Source of the DNA: Selaginella moellendorffii
Taxonomy: Eukaryota; Plantae; Lycopodiophyta
NCBI RefSeq assembly: GCF_000143415.4
Contig: NW_003314325.1
Location: forward strand, 1,024,086-1,088,085
Direction of reading: 5' to 3'
Length of the DNA: 64,000 nucleotides
Program-made: the position numbers and the translations under genes
Shown here: piece after piece, positions 49,556 to 63,100 of the stretch
Layout of the letters: each line of letters starts with the position of its first letter
Numbering within the stretch: position 1 is the first letter of the stretch
The notes under the pieces: generated by a model
Databases searched by the model: none
What the model was told of the DNA's origin: nothing
The model's input: only the letters and a program-made list of their open reading frames with translations

Positions 49556-52500
49556 ATGCCAAGGAGGAGAAAGACGCCCAGAGAGGATGAGAAAGGATCT
49601 TCTCCACCTTCGTCGAGCGGAGCTTCTCCACAGCCGCCGCCCCGTGCCGCCGCGAGCTCCAGCTCAACGCCACCGCAAGCTTCACAAGGGGCTTTAGCCA
49701 TGGCCAGGCATCCACAATACTCGCAGCATTACCAAGTAGGAGGAACTAGTGGTGGAAGGAGTGGAGGCCAGTATAGTCAATCACGTAGTGGCCGTGGAGG
49801 AGGAGGAACGGGAGGATATCATGGGCAGCAGCAGCCACAGCAGCAGCAACAGCCGCGACAAGCTCCAGCAGTGAGCGCAGTGGTTGAGCAATTTTCTGGA
49901 TTGGGTGTGGAAGTTTCAGTTCCTGCGCAACCAGCGCCACCGCAGCCGAGCGTCGTAGCTCCTCCAGCGTCTAGCAAGGCCTTGAGATTTCCGCTGAGGC
50001 CCGGACGCGGCCAAACGGGGGTTAAGTGCATTGTCAAGGTGAATCATTTCTTTGCAGAGCTACCAGACAAGGATCTACACCACTATGATGTAAGTTTCTT
50101 CTTGTCACGAGCTAGTGTTTGCATCCAATTGGCTTGTTTTGCTTGCGCAGGTGACGATCACTCCCGAGGTGACATCGCGTGGTGTGAATCGAGCGGTCAT
50201 GGAGCAGCTGGTTAAGCTTCACAGGGATTCGAGTTTGGGTCACAGGCTCCCAGTGTATGATGGCCGGAAAAGCCTGTACACTGCTGGGCCTTTACCCTTC
50301 CATTATAAGGACTTTCAGGTAAGTCTGCCGGAGGAAGATGATGGATGTGGTACACCGAGGTGAGTGTAGCTTAGTTTTTCTTTACTCTTTTACAGCATAC
50401 TGAAGAAAAGCATAAAATATCTTTCAGGAGAGATCGGCAGTTCAAGGTGGTCATCAAGTTCGCTGCTCGTGCTGATCTGCATCATCTTGGCCAGTTTCTG
50501 GCCGGGAGGCAAGCAGATGCTCCCCAAGAGGCCTTGCAAGTGCTGGACATAGTGCTGCGAGAGCTTCCTACCCATAGGTTCGCTCCTCTTTTCTTTGGTA
50601 TCGGGTTTTTATGTGTTTCTTTTGAGTTCTTCCAGGTATTCGCCTGTTGGACGATCGTTTTATTCACCAGACTTAGGACGTAGACAACCCCTCGGTGACG
50701 GCTTAGAAAGCTGGCGAGGGTTCTACCAGAGTATAAGGCCCACGCAAATGGGTCTTTCTCTGAATATTGGTAAGGATTATGAAATGTGATGGTATGTGTT
50801 CTGATCTATTGTTGAAGACATGTCATCTACTGCTTTCATTGAGCCGCTGCCCGTGGTGGACTTTGTTGGCAAACTCCTTAACAAGGACATAAGCAGGCCA
50901 CTTTCGGACGCTGACCGCATCAAGGTAAAGTCCCAGCTTGGTTTGCGAAGAGCGATTTTAAGATAGATCTGATTTTCTGTGCCAGATCAAAAAAGCTCTG
51001 AGAGGAGTCAAAGTGGAAGTTACACATCGCGGAACCATGCGACGAAAATACAGGATTTCTGGCTTAACTTCTCAGCCTACTCAAGAACTAATGTAAGTGT
51101 TTCTGATTGTTTGTGATGTGTCTTATTTTGGGTTTGCAGGTTTCCTGTTGATGATAGAGGTACAATGAAATCGGTAATGGAGTATTTCCGAGATACATAT
51201 CACTACACTATACGAAGCCCATCTTTACCTTGTTTACAAGTTGGAAATCAAGAAAGACCAAATTATCTGCCAATGGAGGTGTGCAGTTTTCGTAGGCATG
51301 CAACGAACTAAGTTCATTTTTGGCTGATTAACAGGTCTGCAAGATTGTGGAAGGACAAAGGTATACTAAACGTCTCAACGAGCGTCAAGTGACAGCCCTT
51401 CTAAAAGTAACATGCCAACGGCCCAGGGAAAGAGAACTCGATATTTTGCAAGTAGGATAAGAATCTTTTCCCGTTTTTGTCTCTATTTTTATTTAACTGT
51501 TCTTATGTTTTGTGCTAGACTGTTTATCATAATGCATATAATCAGGACCCATACGCCCAGGAGTTTGGGATACGTATCAGTGACAGACTGGCTCTCGTGG
51601 AAGCTAGAATACTGCCTGCCCCATGGGTTTGTGTTTCTTCTCTTTTGTTGTCATACAATGTTCTTTAAAAATGCGGGTTTGCAGCTGAAATATCATGAAA
51701 CGGGTAGAGAAAAGGATTGCTTGCCTCAAGACGGGACCTGGAATATGATGAACAAGGTAAGCGTGCTTGGAAGAAAACTGTTCTTTTTTAATTCATATGT
51801 CTCCAGAAAATGGTCGATGGAGGGACAGTGAACTACTGGGCATGCGTCAATTTCTCTCGTACTGTTCAAGATAATATAGCTCGGGGATTTTGTAACGACC
51901 TTGCTCAGATGTGTCTTATTTCCGGAATGGTACGGCTTTAAGAATGATCTTCAGTTTACTAATCGTATATGACATGCAGGCGTTTGCTGCTGAACCTATC
52001 ATTCCAGTTCATGCTGCACGCCCAGACCAGGTAGAACGTGCTCTGAAGTCGGTATATCGTGAAGTTCAAAGCAAGGTCAAAGGAAAGGAATTAGAGTTAC
52101 TAATTGCCATATTACCCGACAACAATGGCTCACTTTATGGTAAGAGACTTGGTTTTTTACAGATTTGCTGATAAGTTTTATTCCAGGCGACTTGAAACGA
52201 ATCTGCGAAACAGACCTGGGATTGGTTTCTCAATGCTGCTTGACAAAGCATGTCTTTAAGAGAGGAAAGCAGTATCTTGCTAATGTTGCGTTGAAAATCA
52301 ATGTCAAGGTAGGGCGCTTCATGCACGATGTTCGTGAATAAGCTCAACAAGTTTGTTGTAAGGTCGGAGGCAGAAACACTGTCTTGGTGGATGCACTATC
52401 ACGGAGGCTTCCTTTAGTAAGTGATACACCAACAATTATATTTGGAGCGGATGTTACGCATCCTCATCCTGGAGAAGATTCGAGTCCCTCGATTGCAGCG

Positions 52501-53648
52501 GTAAGTGTACGATTTTTCTTTTCGTGTGTCTCTAAATAAGCTGTGCCTGTTACAGGTTGTCGCTTCTCAGGATTGGCCAGAAGTCACGAAATACGCAGGT
52601 CTAGTGTGCGCTCAAGCTCACAGACAAGAGTTGATCCAAGATCTGTATAAAACATGGGTTGATCCTCAGAAGGGAACCATGAATGGCGGTATGATAAGGT
52701 TAGTAGCGGTGAGTTTTTGTTTTACTTATTGTGCTAACATACGCAAACTTTAGAGAGCTTTTAATTTCTTTCCGAAGTGCCTCTGGATACAAACCTGGAA
52801 GAATCATCTTCTACAGAGATGGTGTGAGCGAAGGACAGTTCTACCAAGTTCTCCTTCACGAGCTGGATGCAATTAGAAAGGTATAGTATGGAAAGACTTG
52901 GCACATTGACTGATTCAGCTCTTCGTTTTGGACAGGCTTGCGCGTCACTCGAGCCGAACTATCAGCCTCTCGTGACGTTCGTTGTGGTCCAGAAACGGCA
53001 CCACACCCGGCTATTTGCTAACGATCACGACGATACAAGAACCACTGATAAGAGTGGAAATATCCTGCCAGGTGCTGTTGCCGTCAATAAGTGGCGAATT
53101 TAGATAACTAATGAGAGACCGTTTTCCTTCACAGGCACTGTGGTGGATTCGAAGATTTGCCATCCAACGGAGTTTGACTTCTACCTTTGCAGCCATGCCG
53201 GCATTCAGGTAACTTGATGGAGCCCTGGCCTTTGTAGCTTTGCTCATACGACGAGACTATGTTACAGGGAACAAGCAGACCAGCTCACTATCACGTACTT
53301 TGGGACGAGAACAAGTTCACTGCCGATGGCTTGCAGTCCCTCACCAACAGCCTGTGCTACACTTACGCTCGCTGCACACGCTCAGTCTCGATAGGTAAAG
53401 ACCATAGCTCTTTCCCATAGGCTTTGACAACTAAAGCACAAAGCAATCGTCCTTTTCTTTCAGTACCACCTGCATACTACGCTCACCTGGCTGCGTTCCG
53501 CGCGAGATTCTACATGGAGCCGGACGCGTCCGAGGCTGGCTCCGTCCACCGGAACACTGCTCCCCGAGCTGGTAATCGCCAGGATGGCTCCATCCGGCCG
53601 CTGCCCGCGTTGAAGGACAAGGTTAAGAAGGTCATGTTCTACTGCTAG
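49556..53648 (+). CDS. AGO1: Argonaute, AGO1 clade; about 20 coding exons
   Basis: G/Q-rich N-terminus, [26 protein letters not shown] with D(GADVTH)-E(RQEL)-D(RDGVSEGQF)-H(YYAHLAA), C-terminal VMFYC; 19 GT-AG introns of ~45-70 nt; probable 5'UTR intron ~49274-49516. Confidence 0.95.
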
Positions 53649-53959
53649 TCAGTATGCTACTACTCTCTTTTGCTTTTATCTCGCGTTTTTAATCTATCTG
53701 ACTCCTGTTGCTTTCGCATACTTAGTGTCTCACTAGGGGGACCTCGTTGTCAAAGTCGCGCCTTGTTTTTACTCCTGGTGGTTTACTCCATTTCGGATTC
53801 TACACTTCCACTACTGCTTCCAGCGGCAGTCCTCGAGCGCCCAGGCTCAATGATGAAACCACCATGAAGTAGCAACAAACAAAGGAGGATCCTTGAAATC
53901 CAACACCATAAATGCCGAGCCAGGGCGCTGCAAATTGCTAACAACAAAACGCAGTCTGG

Positions 53960-53996
53960 TGCAGCAGCAGCAGCAGCAGCGCAGCGCGCAGCAGTC
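53960..53996. repeat. (CAG)n microsatellite downstream of AGO
   Basis: Directly visible. Confidence 0.8.
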
Positions 53997-55399
53997 GAAC
54001 AACAGAGGATTGTCTTCACTCTCCTGGCAAAACGGTACTGCTTTCTTTCGCTTCGTTTCCATCTCTATGGCGTGCAATTTGTAAAAGGGTGGATATTACA
54101 ACGGTGGATTTCACTCACACCACATGTATGCCAGCTATTGGTCTACGTGTATTATGAGTGAAAATAACACAGGCATAGAATATTTTACGAATATCCAATC
54201 CTTATGCCCCGGATGGGGCATCATGCCCATAGCAATGACCCATGCTATGTGCGGAATGGAGCCATTCATGGGCCATAGAACCATTCATCCTATCCATTCT
54301 GGCAAGTTGTTAATGTTGCAAATCAAATGGACAATTGACTAAATTGCATACTATATTACTTTATCTAGAGCATTATGTTTTCACTTCTTGCTCTTGGTGC
54401 TCATGGCAAAAGAACTAAATTATCATTTCTTGGCACACCTCTTTTAACATAGTGTTCATAGCAAGTGTAAGTGAACTCCATCTAACTCCATTGCAAAGCC
54501 ATGGATATATATTGTTTGGAGTCATATCTCTAATGCATCCCATTGAGTTTATCCTTCGTTGCCATTGATTTCCAATGTAACTCTCTCAATGCTTTAGTTT
54601 TGTACCATGATGCTTAGAAGATTTGCGTATGACTCAAAAGTAGGTTAATTCCATGAATTGGTGGGGCTCATACTTCGATTGTGTACTACACAAGGGTGCA
54701 TAGTGTTGATGTTTGGACCTCGAGTTCTCTCAAGAGTAGCATGCTGAAGGAGATTTGAGAATATGGAAGTTGCAATTGCATGCAGTAACATTCAGGTGAG
54801 AAGAGCAATAATAATAGACACTTTCAACATTTTCCAATCATAACTATTTCAAATTTTGAAATTTGTAAAAAGGGTTTTCAAGCATGGGGCAAAACTATTC
54901 AATATATGCTATGCGCTACAGCTGAAGAACTAGAGTTTTCAAGGATTGGAAGCTCGTGCTCACTTTAGTAAGAGTAGATTTATGATAATTTCCTATATGC
55001 TCTAACCTTGTTACAATGTTTGAGGTTTCTAGGTTTCCTCTTGACATGGCAAATTGGAGAGGATTTTATGACTTCTTTGAGGCACAACAATGGATCCAAC
55101 AAAGCATAAAATTGAGGGTTTTATATGATGCCTCCTCCTTCAAGGCTCAGCAATCTCCAACAAAGCAGCCTAGAATATTTTGAATATTCTTACCTTTAGC
55201 TTTGCTAATGAACTAAGTTGAATTGGAAAGAGTGTGAAGAAATCATATATTTCAAGACAATTATCTATTTTTTTTGTGAAAGTGTCTAGATTATGGTACT
55301 TCCACAACATCAGCCCAATCCATACAAGCTCTCTAGATTCTAAAGTGCCTAGTGGATCTTGTGTTTGGTCCACTCCATTGACGAGTATGTTAAAGGGAA

Positions 55400-57170
55400 G
55401 AAAACTTCTCATGTGCATGTGGAGAACCTAGGAAATCAAGTAAATGATGTACCCTATCTCTCAACTTGGATCCAAATAGGCCCTCCCGGTTGGATCTGGA
55501 GAATCAACTATGAAGTGATGGAACTTGGATAACTCTTTCAGGCTCATATTTATAAAATGCTCAAACATACAAGAGATTTGAAAGTAAATAATTACATTGG
55601 ATGATATCCATAATCCAGCTGTGGAAGTTCTCTCCAAAGTCCTGATTAAAGACTACGCAATTGATGAACTCCACTGGAGGAATGATCGTCCTTATTCAGA
55701 AGACTTATAACAAAGCATCTGTCCTAATGAGTGAAAGCCCACTTAGCAATGCTAGACTCTTGTAATGCTTCTAACAAGCTTCCATGCACAATGAGTGTTA
55801 GAAGCCATCTTGGAGTAAGTCTCCCACTACATTTGGCTTGATGAATAGGTAATGCCGAACCACCATAGCCACGCATGCCTCCACAATCTGCTTATAACTT
55901 TCATCAAGTTTAGTGAGTCTAAACTCAAGCGTTGTAATCGTCCTGTGTGGGGAGAGTTTCTTCCAACAATGGAAGAATGTCCTTTTCATCCACAAAGTCT
56001 TCTTTTTCATTATTCTCATCTTGGTTTGGTTTCTATACAGCTAGCCTCAAGAGAAATGGCTCTATCACCAAGGGATCATCATTTGCAGTTAAAGCATTTG
56101 TAGTAGCTACAACTGCAAAGACCACAACATATATTTGTGAGGAAGGAATTTAAAAAAAATAATGACTTACATTCATGAACATCCTTCTCCTCAAGTCCTC
56201 AAACTTGCTTTTGATAACTTAGCCAATGTTTGTTAGTAAGATGCTCTATAACATTGTAGGTATATTACTATTGCTCAGTTGCCATTGGCCTTGTTTGCTT
56301 TGGCTCCTTATGATGTTTGAGGAGGATAGTAACAAGGCTGGATAGAGTTGAGGCCAAATTTTGCAGATTCGGCATGGACCTCACCACCATTAGATTGCCT
56401 TGCACACTGAACAAATGCTCCTAGGTTAGTCATGGATGAAAGTTGGATTTTTGAGGCTTGGAGTGATAGTAGAATCACATGTTGGGTTGTGCCAGGTTGG
56501 AAAGGAATACTAGAGTATAAGCCACCCCATATGAGACACTCAAGGAGGTCCATTGCCAACTTATCAAGTTCCGTCACCTTCACCAATAACTCTCTTTTCC
56601 GCCCATACAAGTGTACATGCCAAGTCTTCGGGATTGCAATCCACTTGGTGACAAGGACTATGCTGAATAGTCTAGGGACTAAGGGTGTCATAGATGACAT
56701 CCCACCAATGACTTTGGATCGACTACCATAACATCCATGATGACAAGATAAGGATTGCCAATTGTTATCGGCATAGGTGTGCATTGCAACCACAAGTGGT
56801 GAGAGAGTCTACCATAGTGAAATGAAAATGAGTCAAATAAATCCAAAGAAAAAAAATGAAGAGTGTTATACTTGTGATGTTATACTTGTGGCTCACATGG
56901 CAGCCCACTGCCTTGAGGGTCAACTTGAATATATCTAGGTGTCAAAGCTTTATTAGATGACGATGTCAATCCTTGGGAGTAGTTGTGGAATGCTAATAGG
57001 GAACTATGAGGTCGTTGGTGTGGCAGCATTGTCAACTCACCATATGCAAAAAAACACATGGAAAAAAGACAGGTACAAATGAAAAAACTTACCAAGCTAG
57101 ACCACTTGTTGCTTTAAGAGGTAGATGGCCAGGTATTGGCACTTGTATTGGTAGATGAAGTTTTGAGAGT
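55400..57170 (-). pseudogene. Unidentified decayed, possibly spliced coding remnant
   Basis: Minus-strand ORF fragments (55798-56019, 56308-56793, 56880-57095) bounded by GTAAG-like donors at ~56169 and ~57092; no motif recognised. Confidence 0.25.
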
Positions 57171-57175
57171 TGTAG

Positions 57176-60100
57176 TGTTGCGAATGTGACTTTGGGTATC
57201 GAAACTTACTTGTCAGCTAGTCCTTTTAGATATTCTTTCCTTACTGCCACAATGGCAAGGTGTCGGTATTGTTGGACCCGTTATCAGCCTCCGCTTGAGC
57301 TAGTTGAGAAACTGGTCTTCATGTGTGCACTTGACCAAATGAGCATAAGGACGGAATTCCTAAGTGCTATTAGTCAAACATACTTAACCTAGTTAGAGAA
57401 ATTCATTTGTTGACTTGCACTTACTAGTGTAAGGAACCCCTGTGATATTGAGCTTGGTCCCTCAATATTCACTAAATGATAGCTTACCGTGTCTGCCAAA
57501 CACCCTCGCTATCATGCACCTTATGTTAGTACCATTTGGTCCTAATTGTTATTTATGGAAAGTGTCTAGATTTGCTAATTTGGTATATTTACGGAATGTA
57601 GAGATTGTCCTGAACACAATAGTGTTCGTATCGTGTCCAAATTCGCAATCTAAAGACATTCCATATTTAGTAAGTTTCGAGTTAGTCCCAAAGACTAACT
57701 CCTGGTACTAAGGGAGTAAGGGAGGCTTGGGGTGAAAGCCCAAAGCATGTGTTCCTCAAGGGGGAAGGGGGGGGTTTGTGGGGGGTTTTAAATGTATAGT
57801 AGGGATAGTGGGTAGTTAGGCATGGCTAATCAACTTGAGGCATAGTCTAGCTCTCACTTGCATGTCTGTCTTTGTTTTGTGTCCGGCTTGGGTCTAATCC
57901 TAAGTTCCATTCCATGCTAGCTGGTGGAGTACCCATGTCCTTACATTAGGCCACCGGTATGTTAAAACAGCGCCAAACTTCGTTTGGCTCCGTTTTATGT
58001 GCTGGTCCTGGCATTGAGATGCTGGATACTCTAGGACTGTTCCAAGTCGCTCCATGCTCCTGTCCCTTCGCTCGTTGGGCTACATGCTCGAGAGTCATTC
58101 TATGCTTCAGTGCCTTTGCTTCTTGGGTTCCATGCTTGAGAGTTTGGCACCATTCCTTCATTCAGTGGCCCAAGGCCCTGAAACTTGAGTTCCACACCAC
58201 TGTCTTTTGGACACACATGTGACATGTGACATATGGAGGGTTTAGGTTTTGCTTCGTGGTTATCCTATAGTAAATCACCATAGGATAAAGGGTAAAAACC
58301 ACGTGTGTTACATTTGGTATCAAAGAATACGTCTCAGCGAGTACTATCCAATGAGAATGGGCAACTAGTCTTGCTGCATATGGAGAGATGAAAATGATGA
58401 TTCAAGTGGGTATATGTTTGGGTGCTAAAACTTCGCATTGGTTCCTTGAGTATGGATTTTGGTTATCTGTTGGTTACCTATTGTACCTTATTGTGTGAGC
58501 TTGTGCTTGGGCTCATAAGATGAATGTGAGATGTTTCGTTTGTATGAGTTTATGCTTGGGCTCGTGAGTGAGGCACATTAGCAACTCAAGGTTACACTTT
58601 GAGTTGGCAAAATTAATATTAGCCTATCGTTAGTTCCATGAGTTGTTCCATGTACCATAGGTGAAAGTAAACCTCCCCTGGGTTTGCTATGAGTGGCAAA
58701 TAGGCTGGCCTATAGCTGTTTAGCACGGCACTAGTGGATCCTTCTTAGGCATGATTATAAGTGGATTAATTAAGACTATAGGGATTAGTCTATTGGTTCA
58801 AGTAATCATTGCTGTGCTCTCTCATAAACTTTTCTTGGATTGGACTGAAAGCAGTGCGAAAGCAAGCTTAAGGTTAAGTCAAAGTTAAGACCAAAAAACG
58901 AGTCGTGCGGGAGGACGGATTACACACGTAAATCATCTTCTGTTCTTGGAGAAATGATTCACAACGAATGTGTTAACTCATTGATCGTGTTCACATTATG
59001 CAATCAAGAATCCCTACCTTGATGCATATTGATTATGATGGTCCTACAATGGTGAGTCATAGGATGGATAGCAGTGAAGTGCTATACCATTTTGTCTAAG
59101 CTTGTTATTGAAGACTTAGGTTGCAATGCTCAATTCTTTTTTGGAGAACCTTACTATTGCTCCTTGAGTAGCTTGGTGATGGATTAGTTTTGAGTTTGGT
59201 CAAAAAGAGAGTGTTATGAACTTGTCCATGTTGTGAACAAAAATTAGTGGTGTTAAATATTGTAAATCTTTATCGGTGGGGTGTGGCATTTATATTGCAT
59301 TTTATCAAATTGAGTTAGCACTTGATATTCATATAACCTTTGTAGTAGTGATATAAGCATTGCTCATGGTGTTGCTCAATTGATGATCAAGTTATTATGA
59401 TTTTATATCATATCCATGTGATAATGAGTAATGTGTTTACAAAGTTGCTTGGTTAAATGATGATCAACCCTGAAGTGGTTGATAGTGAAGCTAGTCTATT
59501 TATAATTAGTAGCATTGTAGTAGCTTTTGACTAAGTTCTCAATGGTGGTCCATTATATGTTAAGTTGATACCTTGTTTCCTTGAGGGTTTGCCCATTGAG
59601 GTGTTGGAAAATGATTGTAGCATTTATTTGCTATAGCTTATCAAATGATTTGCTAACATTTAGAGTAGATTGTTGGATGGAGAAGATGTGTAGTTGAAGC
59701 ATTAACATCGCTAGCATTTGTGTTAGTGGAAGTGGCATTGTTATTTTGAGTGATGAGGAATTTTCCTTAGACATTGATTTTTCATATCATTTTTCTTGTT
59801 AGTGTTTTAATTTCATATTGAATCTTGAAAGTGATTGAAGAAAAGTGTTAATGCGACATGGATATCCGAAGATATAGTTTTCGTGATCAAGCCTTGGATG
59901 TTCACTTTGCATTTTGCAGATGTCGGTTATATGGGCAAAGATGTTTGATGCTTAAACTAACTATAGGTCATGAGAATTAGTGTTGAGGTGAATCTATATG
60001 AAGTTGTAGGTAAGAGGAAGTTGGTTGAGTCTTGAAAGTTTGCATTCCTAAACTAAAAGTCATTCTTTCTTTAGGATGGAAAATTTTCCACAAATTTTCT

Positions 60101-63100
60101 TAGACTTTTCCAATGGCTGATCTATTGATCACTTTACCCAAAAACCATTTCATTTTCGTAAGCCAATACAAACTAGTGAAAGGGTTAGAGTTGACTTTGG
60201 TTAATTTAGACATTAGTAGGTAGTTTGTATGATGTGACCTGAAAGGGATACTGACTTTGGGGCTAAGGCAATTGAGTTGGATAGAGTCTGGAGTCAATGT
60301 AGAAAAGTGATTGTTGCACTTTTCTAAGAAGGGTGACCCTTTATGCCTTTCTTTGTAATGTTATGCTAGGTGGCAGGTTGCACCTTGCATTTCATTAGAC
60401 TCTATAAAAGTAATGAGCTCTCACTGATTCTGACTTGGTCTTGGTGGTCTTGTGCCTTTGCTGAGGATAGTGATGTTCAATTTAGTTGTTTGAGGTTGAG
60501 ATGTTGGTACCCATATTATAGCTTTATCTATGAGGAGGTTGTGTATCAATATAAGCCATTTTATGGTCTTCACTTTAGTTTCGACTAAGTGTTGATTATG
60601 TATAACTAACCTCTTCAAGGCATGCTCAGAGTTATTGGCTAAATGCATTAGTAAACTTATTGCAGTTGAGTTGGATTCAAGTGGTCATTTGGTTAGTGTT
60701 TGTCCATGAACCTTTATCTTGTATCTGGGGTATTATGTTCATGTTAGACAAGTATGTGACTCGATGGCATGAGTTTGGTGTTTGGTTCTTATGAAGGCAA
60801 GTTGAAGAATGATTGTTAATTGATTGGCAACTAGTGATTGCTTGTAGACTTCGTCAAGGACTGTTGACACTTGCTTTACTCGATGAAAATTTATCAGTGA
60901 TGGGTTTGCTTTACCAAATAGTGTTACGAAGGATCGTGTCATGGGCTTGCATAAGTTTTCCATGTTGGTATATCGATTCCTTTGTCAATGTCATTTAGTT
61001 ATATTTAGTCCGTGGTGTTAGATTTCATGGAATCTTGGATGTGGTGAATTACTCCTTGATGATGTGTTATCTATAACTAAGTTTTGCTGAAGGATTAATC
61101 TCAGATACTGACTAAGGTATTTTCGACTTTAGTTAGTTTGGTTGCTAGAGAGCTTTGAGTGGTGATTCACTCTTGCTTTCTATTAACTTTGTTTTGGTGT
61201 TGATAGCATTGAAGTGATGCTTTGACGTTGACATTGTTGATGTTAAGATTTAAGTGAGATGAAATGTTTCTCCTTAGGATTGACATTGAGTTTCATTAGT
61301 CTCGATGCAATTAGTGTTGATGCTTGGGTTGTAGCTTTATGTTATTGGCATTTGTATAATTACTAAGTAGCAACTGTATTGACGTTCAAACGAGCTGAGT
61401 GGCAAGTTTGAGTTAGTTGTGTTCTAGATAAAATTATTTAGTAAAAGTTGAACTTTGGCTTTTTCTTGAAAAGTGATTTAGTCATGGGCGACGCTAACTC
61501 TACGAGAGGAAAAGTTAGTGATTGATATTAGAATATTTGAATCCTTGTTGGATTTGAGTTAGGATATATCGATTATTGATGATTTTTCTTATGCTTATTA
61601 CAAAGTGAGTTACGTCTTGCTAAAGATGGATTCATGGAGGATCGTTTGGTGATCACTTGTTGAGCATAACTTTATTGTGTTTAGTTTTTGGATTGATGCA
61701 GAAATGCTCTTCATTAGCTTTGCATTATGAAGTTTAGCTTATGGATGTGTTGAGGAGGATATTAATGGTTGTACCATGATTTCTTCTTTAGCATTGAAAT
61801 TAGTTCATGCGAGACTCATGATCATTGTTAGGTAAGACTTGGCTATATGTTTCTTCAAGCTTTTGGTTCCTTGAGTTTTCATGTTTATGGTCCATTTGTT
61901 AGAAGTTGTTGAGGAAGGCATTTTGGCTTATTAACTTCGATGTTGAAGTTAGTATTTGCATCTAGCAATCATTAGTGATGATTGACTATCATTTGGGGTA
62001 GTTGATTATCCTTATCAAAGGTTTTGTTTGATTATTGTTGATATAGAATGATTTACCGTTCTTCGAGATGGTTGATTATTTCTTCAATAATGATTATGCA
62101 TCTCTCTAATGATGGGATGATTGATGATCTTTTTTGATAGTTAGTTGTTCTCTTTTATAGCTTTTGGCTTTTTGCAATACCACATATTCTTTATGATTTA
62201 CTCTGGATTGGTTTCTTAGGTTTGAGACATCAATAGAATGTTGCTGACGCTTGCTAAAGCAACTTGGGTTCCTTCATATTGTTGATTGAGATCTATTTAG
62301 ATTGACTAGTGCAATAGTTGGCATAAGTGTTTGTTAGTCTTACCGCATTCATTCTATTCTGTTGATTATTGCTCGAGTTAGCTTTAATAGATTAGGATGT
62401 TATTTCCTTCGGGTATACATTTGCGAGTATTGTGCTTGCCAGTTAATGATACTTTGTGTTCTTTGAGTTCTTTTTGGTAAGTTGTTTGGCATATTGTCTA
62501 CAATTTTCGGTAGTTAAGTTTTATCATTAAGTTTTCTCGATGATACACTTGCTATTGAATTTTGTTCGATGGTGAATCCTATATTTTCCAGTGATAGTGA
62601 TCTTGGTGGTTCCTATATGCTAATACTAGTTTATCAGATGATAACTTACTTGAAATACTTTTGTGTTTTAATCTAAGCTTTATTCACTAATAATTAAGTC
62701 TTTAAGATATCATTGTTTATGACTTTGATATTGTCCATCTATTGATCTTTAAGTTTGGGCCAGTATAGGTAGACTAGCTTTAGCACTTCGTATGCATGGT
62801 GAAATCTCTAGTCATGGGGTAGCTACTATCGACTAGTCATATAACCTGCCTCTATGTTGATGTTCTTTATTCCGTAAAAAGGGTGTGACTATGTAAACAA
62901 CTCTAACTACCTATTTACAGTAGTCTATCTAAACCTTACTGACGGGTTTGGTTTCTTTGCTCATGAGAGTTGGGGTCTCTGGCTTCTCTCTCTATGTCCC
63001 TACGGGCAGGGGCATATCACACTTTTGTAAGCTAGGTGACACCCAAAGTAGCAAGGGTGGCTAACTCCATTGGTCATTTCTTTGTCGGTGACGGTCAAAA

